From contig MU004186.1 in assembly GCA_010093605.1 (NCBI GenBank), forward strand, positions 2,088,616 through 2,152,615: 64,000 nucleotides of DNA, given 5' to 3'. The stretch comes from Lophium mytilinum (Eukaryota). Position 1 is the first letter of the stretch. Each line of letters starts with the position of its first letter. Below, piece by piece: positions 50,373 to 62,002 of this stretch. The translations under genes and the position numbers were made by a program. The notes below the pieces were generated by a model, which had not been told where the DNA came from, did not search any database, and worked only from the letters and a program-made list of their open reading frames with translations.

Positions 50373-51209
50373 GTTGTGGAGGAGTGGAGAGGTGTGTGGT
50401 GTCGGAATGGGATGTGGTGGAGCTGTTTGCTGATGGAGCGCGAGTGGAAGTTGATCGAGTTTGAGGTTGGATGACTAAGCCCGAAGACTTGGCACTACAT
50501 AGTTCCGACCCTCACTTCTTTTTGCAGTCTACGTCCATTACCCCGACTCCATCCTCATTCACATAATCCATGCCATTCAAGGCTCACACGTCTCGCCTCA
50601 ACTATCGGATCGCAAGGGTGGAAGGGTGACCGACCTTCTAGCTTTCAGTGATTGCCTCACTCGCATTCCCCTCGTCCGGAGCCCTCCACCGGTTCTAATA
50701 CATATAGTTTTATGAAGCTTGGGAACGCTATTTCTAGGGACTTCAGATCGCTCACTGTCTAGGCCAGCTGCTGAGATTGCGAACCTGGTTGTGGGAACTA
50801 TCTCCTACACCGAAGCGTAGTCTAGATACGTAGACATAGAGTAAACTTTGCTCACCTAGCGTCTCTATCTACTGTTCATATCTCGTGCATGGTTTATTTA
50901 GATACCATTTGTATGAGCGCGAAGCTCTTTTGAGTCCTCTTTGACCTTAGTAGGTTCTTCTCTGTTCTTCTAATCCGGAGCTCGCCCCTCTGTCCGCGTA
51001 ACTGGTACTGAATCATCAGCGGAAGCTGTCTTCGTTGGACAAATGGTGCTCAATCGAACCCCCCAGAATTCTCGTGGCATAATTACCCACCCAGTAAAAA
51101 CTGAACCTTTAACGCCGTTCCATCTGTCATGGCAAGAAAAAAGAGCTATGCTCAAGCTACATAGACACCCATAAAAGAAATATCGAGCAAAAAACAAAAA
51201 AGGTAGATG

Positions 51210-51300
51210 CGACACGAGCAGGATTCGAACCTGCGATCCCGAAGGAACTGCCTTACAAGCTTGTAGCAGGGCAGCGCTTGAACCACTCAGCCATCGTGCC
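51210..51300 (-). tRNA. tRNA-Ser(GCT) with a 10-nt intron (51254-51263)
   Basis: Reverse complement GGCACGATGGCTGAGTGGTTCAAGCGCTGCC-CTGCTA-[CAAGCTTGTA]-AGGCAG-TTCCTTCGGGAT (long variable arm)-CGCAGGTTCGAATCCTGCTCGTGTCG; downstream T-run. Confidence 0.93.
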
Positions 51301-52854
51301 GTGATTTTGAGTTGGGCTGCCTTTATTGTATTCACATTGTATGGTAGTATAGAGCATTAGGTCGTTTTGCCACTATCATGCTGTTGATGGAAGTGAGAAA
51401 CAAGGGAATCCTAAAGGTAGTATCTGATTGGCTACCCACATTCCCTTCTCGCTCATCTTAGCAAACAGCATGGTCACATGTGTTGTCACTATATGTCTCC
51501 TGATGGCATTCAAATAAGTCCACTACATGGGCATCCACGCTAAAATTTCGCCGTTGTAGTTGATCTGATAAAAATATTTGAATGCATACACACCAAGCTC
51601 CGCAATGTTCCTTTCGGCCGCTGCCTACAATCAGATGGGGGCCTGGGGCCTGTTCTAGGACTCGGAAAGTCACCCTTAATGTACTTCTCTGAGGGCCTGT
51701 TTTCTGTTTTCAATTAAGGGGCCCGCTGCATATCAGCTTGGTCTTTGGAGACAGTCTTCTCCCTAGTCCTAAACAAGTTCAAGAATATCTCACCATTCAA
51801 GGCTTTCTGGAACTGGCCCCCAATAGCTTTGAAAACTCCTGTCATCGGCGAAATGTCTGGGTCCCTAGAGGAGTTTGGCGGAATAGAGAGCAGAGCTCGA
51901 ATTGTTCTCGACTCCAAGGAAGCTAGCTGCTGTCACCCAGCATATCGTTATCCTAAATAAAACCTAGTATGAAGATGGCCGCGGTCAATGTCGCTGCGGA
52001 ATACCCGTAGACCAAGAGCTCGCTCCAACGGCACATGAAGCAAACAGTTAGCAAACACCCGTCATTCTCTTCTTGAAATCGCGCATCTTCTGGCACTCCC
52101 GTGCACCTGGCCGGAATACATCGCGACAAAGGTATAAACCCTCTTGTTGGCATCGCAGTTGCGTTTTTCCTCATCTGGCTCTTTCTGTGACTAGCACATG
52201 GGGCATGGACGGGTTGTTCGCTTCACGGTACGTACAGACGAGAATATTGCCTAAGCTCACTCTTGACAAAAAGGGATGCTTGGTTTGGGCTTATCAAGCT
52301 GTTCACCTAATCATCTACGAGATTGGTGTGGTGACAAGCTAGTTGCGATATCGTCGTTCATAAGTTGGACCGTCGTTCAGATCAATGCTTCACAGGATAA
52401 TACTTCGAAGATTACAATCAAAGCAGTCGACGATAGTGGGATTTCCGATATGCCAAATCATAATACACTCATACGTAGAGAGATCTAGGCTGTCATTCGA
52501 AAAGGATTGAGTGATGTTCACTATGGCTGCGCCGAACGAGCCTGCGATCGATGAGCTACCGAGCAAGGCGGGCGAAAAACTCCGCGCGTGGCCAGCGAAA
52601 CGTCGGCGATGCTTGATGATAGGGCGAGCGCTATAATCAAAAGCCGATCCCAGCAATGCATGCCATTTTCGGTCCGTCGGGAGGAACGCGCAATTGGATC
52701 CGGGGTAATCTCGATGCTGGTCACTCCTACCTGCTTAAAATATTTCATACGTTTAATATTGTTGGGTTCTGATGCCGTGGCTGTTGAGTTTCGATCCTCC
52801 GAGGCTTCAGACTTGAGCACGAGGAGACGGCAACTTCTTGGAATGAGCCCGAGG

Positions 52855-52920
52855 ACAACCATCACAACCATCACAACCATCACAACCATCACAACCATCA
52901 CAACCATCACAACCATCACA
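52855..52920. repeat. Perfect 9-bp tandem repeat (ACAACCATC), about 7.3 copies
   Basis: Directly visible perfect tandem array. Confidence 0.97.
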
Positions 52921-53766
52921 CCTAAAAAGCCACAGCAGGCCTGCCCACATCAGGCTTGAGCTGGCCCGTTCATGCCGTCGCCCCGGGCCGTACCCCAGGT
53001 TGGCGACCCATGGCACGAGGCATGAAGATCAAGCCATAACTAACATCAGGTCCCTGCGGGCCAACGGCCCTATCAGTGGTTTACATCCAAGCGACGTAGG
53101 GTGGTCTCGAGAGGATGCCAATCGGGAGGGTGGATGGACGAGAAGGATCAGGGGGATGCTTGGGAGGAAGTTTGAGGAAACCCTCTAACTCGATACAGAT
53201 TGGATCTACTCCCGATTAATCTGCGGCATGCACCGCACCGAAGCCACATCTCTCTGCCCTCGTCCACCCCCCCGCAGTCACTTGGGCAAGCTGGCTCTTC
53301 ATTGAGCACGTAGAAAGTCGATGGGTGTGAAGATCGCGGCATGCTCGTGCTGCAAGATGTGCATATTAGAGAGCGCCCGCACGCATCGGCGCGTGGTGAG
53401 TATGCCTCTTATTTTTCTCTTCGGGTCTTAGAATTGTCAAATGTTGCCTCGTCTGCTTCTCCTTAGTAAACAGCCCACCATTTCTGTGCCCCAGCCATCC
53501 CTGTAATTCTCATTGGAGAACCATGGCCCCAATTCCAGGTCGTCCCATGCCGCTGGAATTGTCCTCGAGTTTGTCGACCCGGGAGAGGAAGAGGGACTCG
53601 TATATTTCGCGCTTTTGTCGACCGCGCCACGGCCCCTCTGCTGTACGTACATCAGAGGCCGGTAGAGCTAACCCCTCTGCCTCCGGCTCAAGCCCATCAA
53701 CGCATCTCTCGTTTCTAGGAAGTGTGATACACAGCATGCAGGCTTCTATACGTACTAATCAAGAAA

Positions 53767-56060
53767 GCGCTTGCGCCTTCCATCGAATCAGAACTACCGC
53801 AGGACCTGATTCTTGCCCTCTATGGCGAGAAGCGGGTATCGATATCATCTTCGACTAGTACAACAGCGGCTCTATTCGATCCTCTCATTATTACGGCATG
53901 GGAAAACCAAGAACTTTTGATGGCCCGCGTCCTCACTAGCGTGGATATCATCGAAATGTATCTTAAACAGATCGAGCAACATAACCGACGCGGTCGACAG
54001 CTTCGAGCATTGATATCGGTTGCACCCAAGCACGAACTGCTGAAGATTGCGAAGAATCTTGACCACGAGCGCGCACAAGGGAGGGCGAGAAGTCCACTTC
54101 ATGGCATACCTATTGTTCTGAAAGACAACATTATGACGGATATGACTCTCGGTATGGACACTACTGTTGGATCTTACGCCTTTGTGGGGGCGATACCAAG
54201 GAAGAACGCGACAATAGTGGAGCGTCTTCAAAAGAAAGGAATGATCATTCTTGGAAAAAGCAACATGACCGAATTCTGTGGTATGCTGAAGCTACCCTGA
54301 AACTGTATTGGTGCTTGAGGACAGCGCTGATGAGCTGCTAAGTCTAAAAACCCCACTCATGCCTCCTGGATGGTAAATTTTAGCTCGACTTCTCGAGGAA
54401 TCGCTCTTATAGACTTTAGGTCATCAGTCGGGGGGCAGACACAGTCTCTTTTCGTTGCTAGACACATTGCGAAAAAGAAGCTGCATTAGGAATTATCGGC
54501 TCCAGGCGGGTAAGTTCTCCGTTCTTCGATTTCCGTTTCTGGAGCCATTTGACATCATTTTCTAGCTGATCCACTGGATCAGCGGTCAGCGTAGCAGCGG
54601 GCTTTAGTACTCTCGCAATCGGGACTGACACCATTGGATCTTTGATCACACCGGCAAATCGGGCGGCGCTGTACGCGCTGAAACCTACAGTTGGCGAAAT
54701 CCCCATGGACGGAGTGTTTACTCTCGGCAAGACATTCGATACTGCTGGAGGTATGGCGAAATCAGCAAAAGACCTCGTTCATCTCATGGATGCCTTGATG
54801 CTGCCCTCGCGCCACGAATACGGTACACGAGCTATAAGTAGCTATTTCAGGATCAAGGAAGGCTGGGGCAGCCTTCGGTTAGGTTTTACGGAACCGCTAG
54901 TGTGGAAGACATGGCTTCAGAATGGTCGGATAAATTCAGATGCGGAACGATATATGGTAGGTTATCAGTCCTAAACGAAGCCGGATGGATTCAAGATCAG
55001 ACGTCAGTCCCAGCAGACCTACCATATCCCTTGAGAGATCTCTAGTCCTCTTGTTGCGCCGAGCTGACAGCAAACAGAGGCAAAAGTATGAGATATGGTA
55101 AACTCGCTCATAGAGATGGGCGTCCACGTAATCACACCGGTTGAGCTTCTAGCTCCTTCTGCTTTGAATCTCGAGGGTCGAAACTGCTTCGAACCAATTG
55201 TGTGTAAGCTGTATTAGTGAGAGCTGTACTAGCTAGGGAGACTGTCTCGTAAATTATACTGATTCTAAGCTAGATCACGAGTTTAAGGATACTCTTAATT
55301 CCTTCATCAAAGATTTTAAATCAACGAAGGTCCACTCTCTGGCAGAAATCATAAACCTCAATCTGGAGCACCCAGAGCTATGCCTGGTCAGTGATCCTTT
55401 TCTGTAGCTTCATGTTCTGGCTGACCTCTCCCTAGCCACCTAAATCACCCAACCAAGACGACTTGACGGCAGCAGCGGGATTCAATAGTGGGGTCTTGAC
55501 AGAATCAGTTCAAACAGCAAGAGAACATCTCCAAAATGAGAATGGACTGGAAAGACTACTCGAGGAGCATGAATGCGATATCATTTGCGCTCCTGGTGAT
55601 AGTGCCCTCTCATCCCTCGCAGCTGCAGCCGGTAAGTTTCAAATCTTTTTGGAGCTGTCCTATATACACTCTCAAACTCACACCATCTAGGCTGGCCCAC
55701 TGCCGTCGCCCCCCTCGGCGCTCCGAAGTTGAACGGCCAACCTTTCGGTCTCGTCCTCACCTCTCCCCCGCATACAGAGCATCTCCTTCTCCAATTCCTC
55801 ACCGCATACGAGGCCACTTTCCCTCCCCGCGCGCAGCCACTTCCATTGCATACAGGTAAGTAAATTTACGCTATAAAAAGCTTCTAGGAGTCGTTCATTT
55901 GACTGTCTGTTCATTTGCAGTGCCTTTCATGTCCCCAGACGAAGAACTACTCCCCGACAAACCAATAGTCGAAATGATACTGCACGAATGGGATACGCGA
56001 CGGTTCAGCTGCTCCGCGGATGCCCTAGCAGATTGATTAAATGCTCGATGGCGGAAGTGA
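53767..56060 (+). pseudogene. Amidase-signature family pseudogene
   Basis: PLHGIPIVLKDN, ILGKSNMTEF and IGTDTIGSLITPANRAALYALKPTVG are present. Lesions: in-frame TAG at 54487, TGA at 54567 in the GG(S)STGS motif, an acceptor reading AA instead of AG at about 54341, and a frameshift near 55091. The 5' end is uncertain. Confidence 0.8.
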
Positions 56061-56386
56061 GAACCCCCCTCATCTGTGCTTTTATTACTTTCCTAATGCT
56101 ACTTCCAGGTCGGGCTATGAACTGAGCCCCGAAACAATCTGCGAAGTGCTAAGAAGCCATGGCAGGATTGCGTTTAGGGGATGGCGATGACGCCGAGGGC
56201 GCTTTCGAGGGGTAATGTTTATCAGGATGGCACGCCACGAAAGCGCAGGATCCTGATTAAGATGCGCATTTGTCGTGTGGTTTTCGTGATACGGCGTTTG
56301 AGCAATGTTCTTAAAGGGCCGCGGAACACAAAAATCGATCATAACAAATGCGTTCCTAACTTTTCACTCCCCCACCCCCGCCTGTC

Positions 56387-57858
56387 TTAATTACTATAGT
56401 AGGTCCCATTAGGATACGAGCATTGCCAGTATCCTGCACAATACGGCAACTCCTCCGTCTCTTCCCCCGTCTCCGGCCCCGCGTCATTCAACAACAACGC
56501 CGCAACCCCATGCGCTGGCAGCTCCAACGTCAAATTTCGCAGCGCCGTTCCCGTGTGCTGATGGCTCCACATGTCATACACCGAGTATACCCGCCCGGCC
56601 CTGATATCCCAGCTCTCCGTCAGGTTGAAAAACATTGTCGCCGGCTGGTCCTCAGTATTCAGGATCATGAAGACGGTGCCGTAGCTGCTCGGCCCGCTCC
56701 AGTACTGCGCAGGGTGGGTTGAGTTGGAGACGTAGTCCGGCCCTATACCCCAGCGGAATGGGGAGATACTCTGGCCAACATGGGGATCTTGGTTGATCTT
56801 AATCAAGTCTCTATTTCCTAATATCTCGATCGTCTGATCAGTGGCGTTGGTGAGGTCGGTGCCGATGATCAAGGGCGACTTGAGGAGCGCCCACGCCGTG
56901 AAGTGCGATTTCGCTTCTTCGTAGGTCAGGTTGCCGATGGGATTGCCTTGGCCCGTGTTGCCGACTTCGAGCATGTCGAGGTCGTTGTGGCCGTAGAAGT
57001 CTGAGGCCCAGTACTGGAAGCTCGTGAGGTCGATGATGGCGGCGAGGGCGTCCCACCAGGGCTTGATGTCGCCGTTTATGCGCCAGGATTGGCCGACCGT
57101 CTTGCCCCAGATCCAGGGTTGTTGCCAGCCCTGTAGTGGTAGTGTGCTTAGCTGGTGATTATAGAGGCGGAGTTGGGGGATTTGCATACCCATTCGCAGA
57201 GACCAAGCCAGAATGGGGTGCTATGTGTCTTGGCCGCGCGGTCCGCAATCGCGTCAGCCATACGCTGGTACCGACCCTTCACGTTCTGCTGCGTGACGTT
57301 GTCGAATGGTATGTAGCAGTTATCGTATTTGACGTAGTCAAAGCCCCATTCGGCCCATGTTGCTAGATCCTGTGCTTCGTGGCCATAAGCACCAGGGTAC
57401 CCAGCACATGTTTGATATCCGGCATCCGAATATGCAGCTCCGTTGATCCCGAGTTTGTTCAATTGCTTGTTGAACGCCTTGATGCCATCCGGGAACTTGT
57501 CAGGGTCTTTGGAGTTTTAGTCAGGGCTGTGAAAGTTCAAGCATTAGACGATACCTTCTACGAGTTTCCCGTCCTTGCTTCGGTTCCTAAGTGTGAAGCA
57601 GTCGTCGAGAATGATATGCTTATATCCTGCGTCTACGAGACCATGCTTTTTCATCGCTTGAGCCTGGGCGAGGACTTTATCGGCGTCGTAGTCACAAGCG
57701 AAGGCATTCCATGCTGTGGAGCTGTTAGACTCTTTTCTTTCTGACTTTAGGTAGGCTTCTGACATACTATCATAACCTAGAAAAGGAAGCTTGCCAACGC
57801 CATTATTGAGCGCCGCCACTGAGACTGTGAACGCGGCAGCGAAAAGGATCGAGTACAT
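56387..57858 (-). CDS. Secreted glycoside hydrolase family 27 alpha-galactosidase, multi-exon
   Basis: Signal peptide MYSILFAAAFTVSVAA-LNNG, LDDC, YSDAGYQTCAGYPG, DYVKYDNC, SWRINGDI, NDLDMLEVG, HFTAWALLKSPL, INQD. Confidence 0.93.
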
Positions 57859-59279
57859 GACGGCGGATTCACGAGAGACTTAGGCAGTAGATAGCTTGAC
57901 AAAAGACGGGGATGCGGAAATATAAATAGGAAGCTCGTTTTCCTCTACAATTCTCCTATTCGGCTAAGAAAGCCGTAGGAAGGGGAAAACATATGAAGAT
58001 CCATTTCGCCTTGCGATGGACGAGTAGAAATGCTTGTCACTGTGTCATGGCGTCGGTGAGAAAGACGCCAAAGACTATCCTAAGGTCTGGAGCCAACCTC
58101 CGTGTCAGTTTTGGTTAGCAGTCCCGCCTTGCAATCAAGGTATAAACACGGAGGCGGCTCCAAACGACACGGAACGAGGCATAGTACGCGGAGAACGATC
58201 GTCTATCGAGCCCGGTACTTCAACGTCTTGACGATTGTTCCGGGGATCTGAGGTGTGCCCCTGGTGTTGAATGCGAGATCAGTGACGAGACCCGCACGAA
58301 GGCCGGATGTTCGGCCAATTGAGGGGGAGGGTTTATATGAGCTTTAGAAGATGTATTTAGCCGGCTGGTACTATGCAGTTTCCCAGACGAGGCAGATTCG
58401 GGCTTAGGAGATTGGATACATGGGTGATGACAAGGAGAAAAGCTTGGAAAGGGATATATGAGTCTCTTCACACCACTCTGACCGTGCTGAGATTGTGGAC
58501 GCGCCTCAGATCTCGACCTGGTTGGACTTGGCTGTAGTGAGACGAAGAGGAAACAGAAGCGATTCAATCTGTCTTGTTGCTCGAAACCCGATCTTCTTAT
58601 AAGCTGTGCTTGTAAAGCACAAGCATCGGGTCTAGCGTATCGAGTTGAGGTCTGATTAGAGTGCTCACACTTACCAATCCTTCGCGCGGCCGATGGCGCA
58701 GATAGCTTGGAAGATCGCGTGCTTCGCTGTATATATAAAGCCGCCCGACTCCCCAGGTGCCTTCCCTTGATATCGCTGTTTGAATCCGCATACAGCATCA
58801 TCGTCGAACACTCATTGCTAGACAGGCGAAGCGTTGTTGGTGTTGAGTGCTATCCAAAGCCATACCTAAGATGCAATGCTCCAGCCCACTTGCTCAAGCA
58901 CTCGTATCCGGCCAGGAAATCATCCCAGAGGCAGCCTTCAACGCGTAACACATGCGCCCTCTCCCGCCAGCCTCGCAATGAAGCCCACAGTCACGAGCAT
59001 TAGGCGATAGCAATGGCATTGATGGTTGATAGAATTGCCCAATCCCGCCGCCGGGCAGTTTAGTCGCGCCGTTTCCGATGGCGTAGCGTGTCTCAATCGC
59101 CAGCACAGACGAAGATTCCGTCGCAGCTCGTCCGAGACTAGGAGACGTCGTCTGAAAGTTTCTTCGAGTTGTTTTTTCCTTAAAAGCTGTAGTATTCCGT
59201 CGACATCGTAGTAGTCCATTCTAAAACCCATCATCACACGAATATTAGAAGACAGCCCACGTCGCACAACACAGCCAAC

Positions 59280-59827
59280 ATGGTCACCGTCGAAGTCCCC
59301 AGCGAGTATGGGTACGTTACCACTTCCCCCCTCCAACACACCCCTCAATCCAGTCCTCCCAATTCTTTCTTTAAGACTAACAGTTCGCCCGCAGCTATGT
59401 CATCCTCACAGCCCTTTCCACCGTCTTCCTCGGCGTCTGGCACGGCCTCCGCGTCAACACCTTCCGCAAGGCCGCCGGGATCCCGTACCCCTACGAATAC
59501 GCCTCCTACGAGCAAACCACCACTGCGCCCCCGGCCAAGCAGAAGGCTATGTACCTCTTCAACTGCGCCCAGCGCGCGCACCAGAACTACAATGAGAACC
59601 ACCCCTCGGCGCTCGCGATGATTCTGGTCGCTGGGGTTGGGTACCCTCTATCGACGACCGCATTCGGCCTGTTTTGGGCGGTCAACAGGGCGATTTATGC
59701 CGTGGGGTACACGAAGCCGGATCTGGAGAGGGGCAAGGGACGGTATCGTGGGGCGGGGTGGTATCTTGGGGTTCTTGGGCTTGCGGGGCTGACGGTTAAG
59801 ACGGGGGTTGATATGCTGTTGGCGTGA
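59280..59827 (+). CDS. MAPEG-family microsomal glutathione S-transferase 3-like, 2 exons
   Basis: VPSEYGYV, RKAAGIPYP, FNCAQRAHQNYNE, RAIYAVGY, GRYRG; intron 59312-59394. Confidence 0.92.
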
Positions 59828-60656
59828 GCTTTGGGAGGATGGTGACAATGCGGGGGTCGGGGAGAGTTTGAGGTATAGCGAATCTAGGAGTGTAGAAAAT
59901 TCCGTGTCATTGCAGGTATTGTCCAACTCGACACTCTGGGTCTTATCCTCTACATGCTCTATATTTTGATGAGGTTGAGATGTGAACCCGTTCGAATAGC
60001 TTCAAGACTTCGAGATTAGTCGAATTCCATTGTTTCGGTACGTCGAAGGGCATGTAGCTAAGGTAGATATCATTTTCAACAGACCGCCAATGGCCCCGGA
60101 ATATCGAACGTAATACCGGGAGTAGCTCAACCTAGCTTCGGACATTCCCACTACCATGGCAAGTTCACGCCGCAGAGAAATAGTCTTTGAATAGATTAAG
60201 AAGTGTTATTGACTTCTAACACATTGAGAACCGCCGATTACTTCTAATTCCATAGCAGCTGGGGCTCACAACAACACCCCCTAGAGTGCTTCAATTAGAT
60301 GAGCTTAGCCTCGGGACATCACTCTTCGTTCAACCTCTTTACCTGTAAGTTCCCATCCGCATCCCTTCAATGGAAACAGTATTACCAGACCGTTCCATGT
60401 CCGTACGAGCCCTTCCATTGGACAAATAGCATCGACCCGCCCCCCTGATGCCCGATATGACTTCGCCCATGGATCTAACAGCCAAATCTCTCCAGCAAGC
60501 CAGTCTCCAGCTGTTCGATTTCCACGATATCGTGCTTTGTGGCACTATCTCCTACCCAACGCTGGTCTCTCTACGCCCTCCTTATCATATCGTCGTATTA
60601 CCCACCACTCTCTTCCCTCCATCCCTTTCCCCATACCCACATACTCTTGCCCTTCC

Positions 60657-61538
60657 TCAATCCTCAAACCCTCCACACCACCCACACTTTTCCCCCACAC
60701 ACGCCAGATTCGAGCAAACCTCCTGCTCCCACACCGTCTGCGCCCCACACTTACAGCACTGCCACCGCTTCCACGCCGTAACTATGATCCCACCCCTCAC
60801 CAACTGCCCGTGGCCATGGGGCCTCGGAAACTTCACAGCCGACACGTTCTCAACACGCGTAAGGAGGGAAGTCGAGGGTGCAGCGCGGAAAGAGCTGCTA
60901 CTCGGCGGAGTCGGCGACGTAGTGAGAGTCTGCGCGAGAGTCGGCGCCGGCGACGCCTTGACGGGCGAGAGGTCGAACGCGTACTGTTTCTGATCCGTGG
61001 AGCTGGAGAACAGCGGCGCGGGAGCGAGGAGCGCGTTGTCGATATCCGTCTGGCGCTGCGTCGCCCAGTCCGCCGTAGCCGTCGCGGCGTCCGTGTTCTC
61101 GAAGAATTTGCTTGCGGGCGACCTGGTTGCGGGAGACCTGCTTGGAGGGGTGATTGGGCTGCTGCTGCTGGAGATAGAGGAAGAGGAGCTGCGCGGTGGG
61201 TATCCGAGGTCTAGCGACTTCGATCGTGATGAGGAGGCGGTCGTTTCCTTGTCTTTTCCTCGTGAGCGCGGGCGCGCGTCGCTGGGCGGTGGCTGGAGCT
61301 TCGTAGGGGATGCTTCGGGCTTGCCGCGGGAAGGCGGGCGGAGCGCGTCGCAGAGAGCGTCTGAGAGCGCCTCTGAGAGGGAGAATCGGGGCTTGTCTTT
61401 TGTCGGGGTCTGTGTCGGGGTCGTGTTCGTGCTGGCGGGGGACGAGCTGCGGCTTCGCGACTTCTTGTGGGTGTGCTTGTCTGGGCTGTCGGAGCTTGAT
61501 GAGGAGAATGGGTTCAGGCCTTTCCTGAGCTTCGCCAT
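60657..61538 (-). CDS. Ser/Pro-rich hypothetical protein with C-terminal Cys cluster (possible zinc ribbon)
   Basis: Long ORF with coding-like composition; C-terminal WQCCKCG...CSNLACVGEKCGWC. Confidence 0.65.
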   Translation of the reverse strand: MAKLRKGLNPFSSSSSDSPDKHTHKKSRSRSSSPASTNTTPTQTPTKDKPRFSLSEALSDALCDALRPPSRGKPEASPTKLQPPPSDARPRSRGKDKETTASSSRSKSLDLGYPPRSSSSSISSSSSPITPPSRSPATRSPASKFFENTDAATATADWATQRQTDIDNALLAPAPLFSSSTDQKQYAFDLSPVKASPAPTLAQTLTTSPTPPSSSSFRAAPSTSLLTRVENVSAVKFPRPHGHGQLVRGGIIVTAWKRWQCCKCGAQTVWEQEVCSNLACVGEKCGWCGGFED

Positions 61539-62002
61539 CGTGACCGTGGCGAGAAGGTGGTAGGGGTTGAGGCAGAAGTTGTGGTGTAGTGTAGGTGTCA
61601 TAAACGAGTGGGGTGATGAGAAAAGATAGAAGGGAGCGGAGTAGCGGAAAGAAGACTGCCGAAGATCTTGGTCAGAGGGAGCGAAGGAAGAAGTCTAGCG
61701 AAAGCTCACTGTTCAGAGATTTCTATTCAGAGGATTCACCTTCACATCTGTGTGCACGGATCACCAAAACTACCGTCAAGTGTTATGTAACAACGCAGAA
61801 CCTCCGAAAATAGGTTCGTTGGGCTCGGGGTCAGTATATAGCTAGAAGGCAGTGAAGCTACCTCTTTGATATACCCGTACGCTTGTGACGATAAAAGAAT
61901 AGAAAGACACTGATAAAGAGCCTTTTCCAAGCGCACCAAAGCGCCGGTAGCCAAACGCCAGAGCTCCTTCGCCAGCAACTAGAATATACACGAAATGTGA
62001 CC

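Noticed and set aside
52521..53016. ORFs with MVV, TTI or CDG repeats
   Set aside because: They are translations of the 9-bp tandem repeat; no evidence for a real protein.
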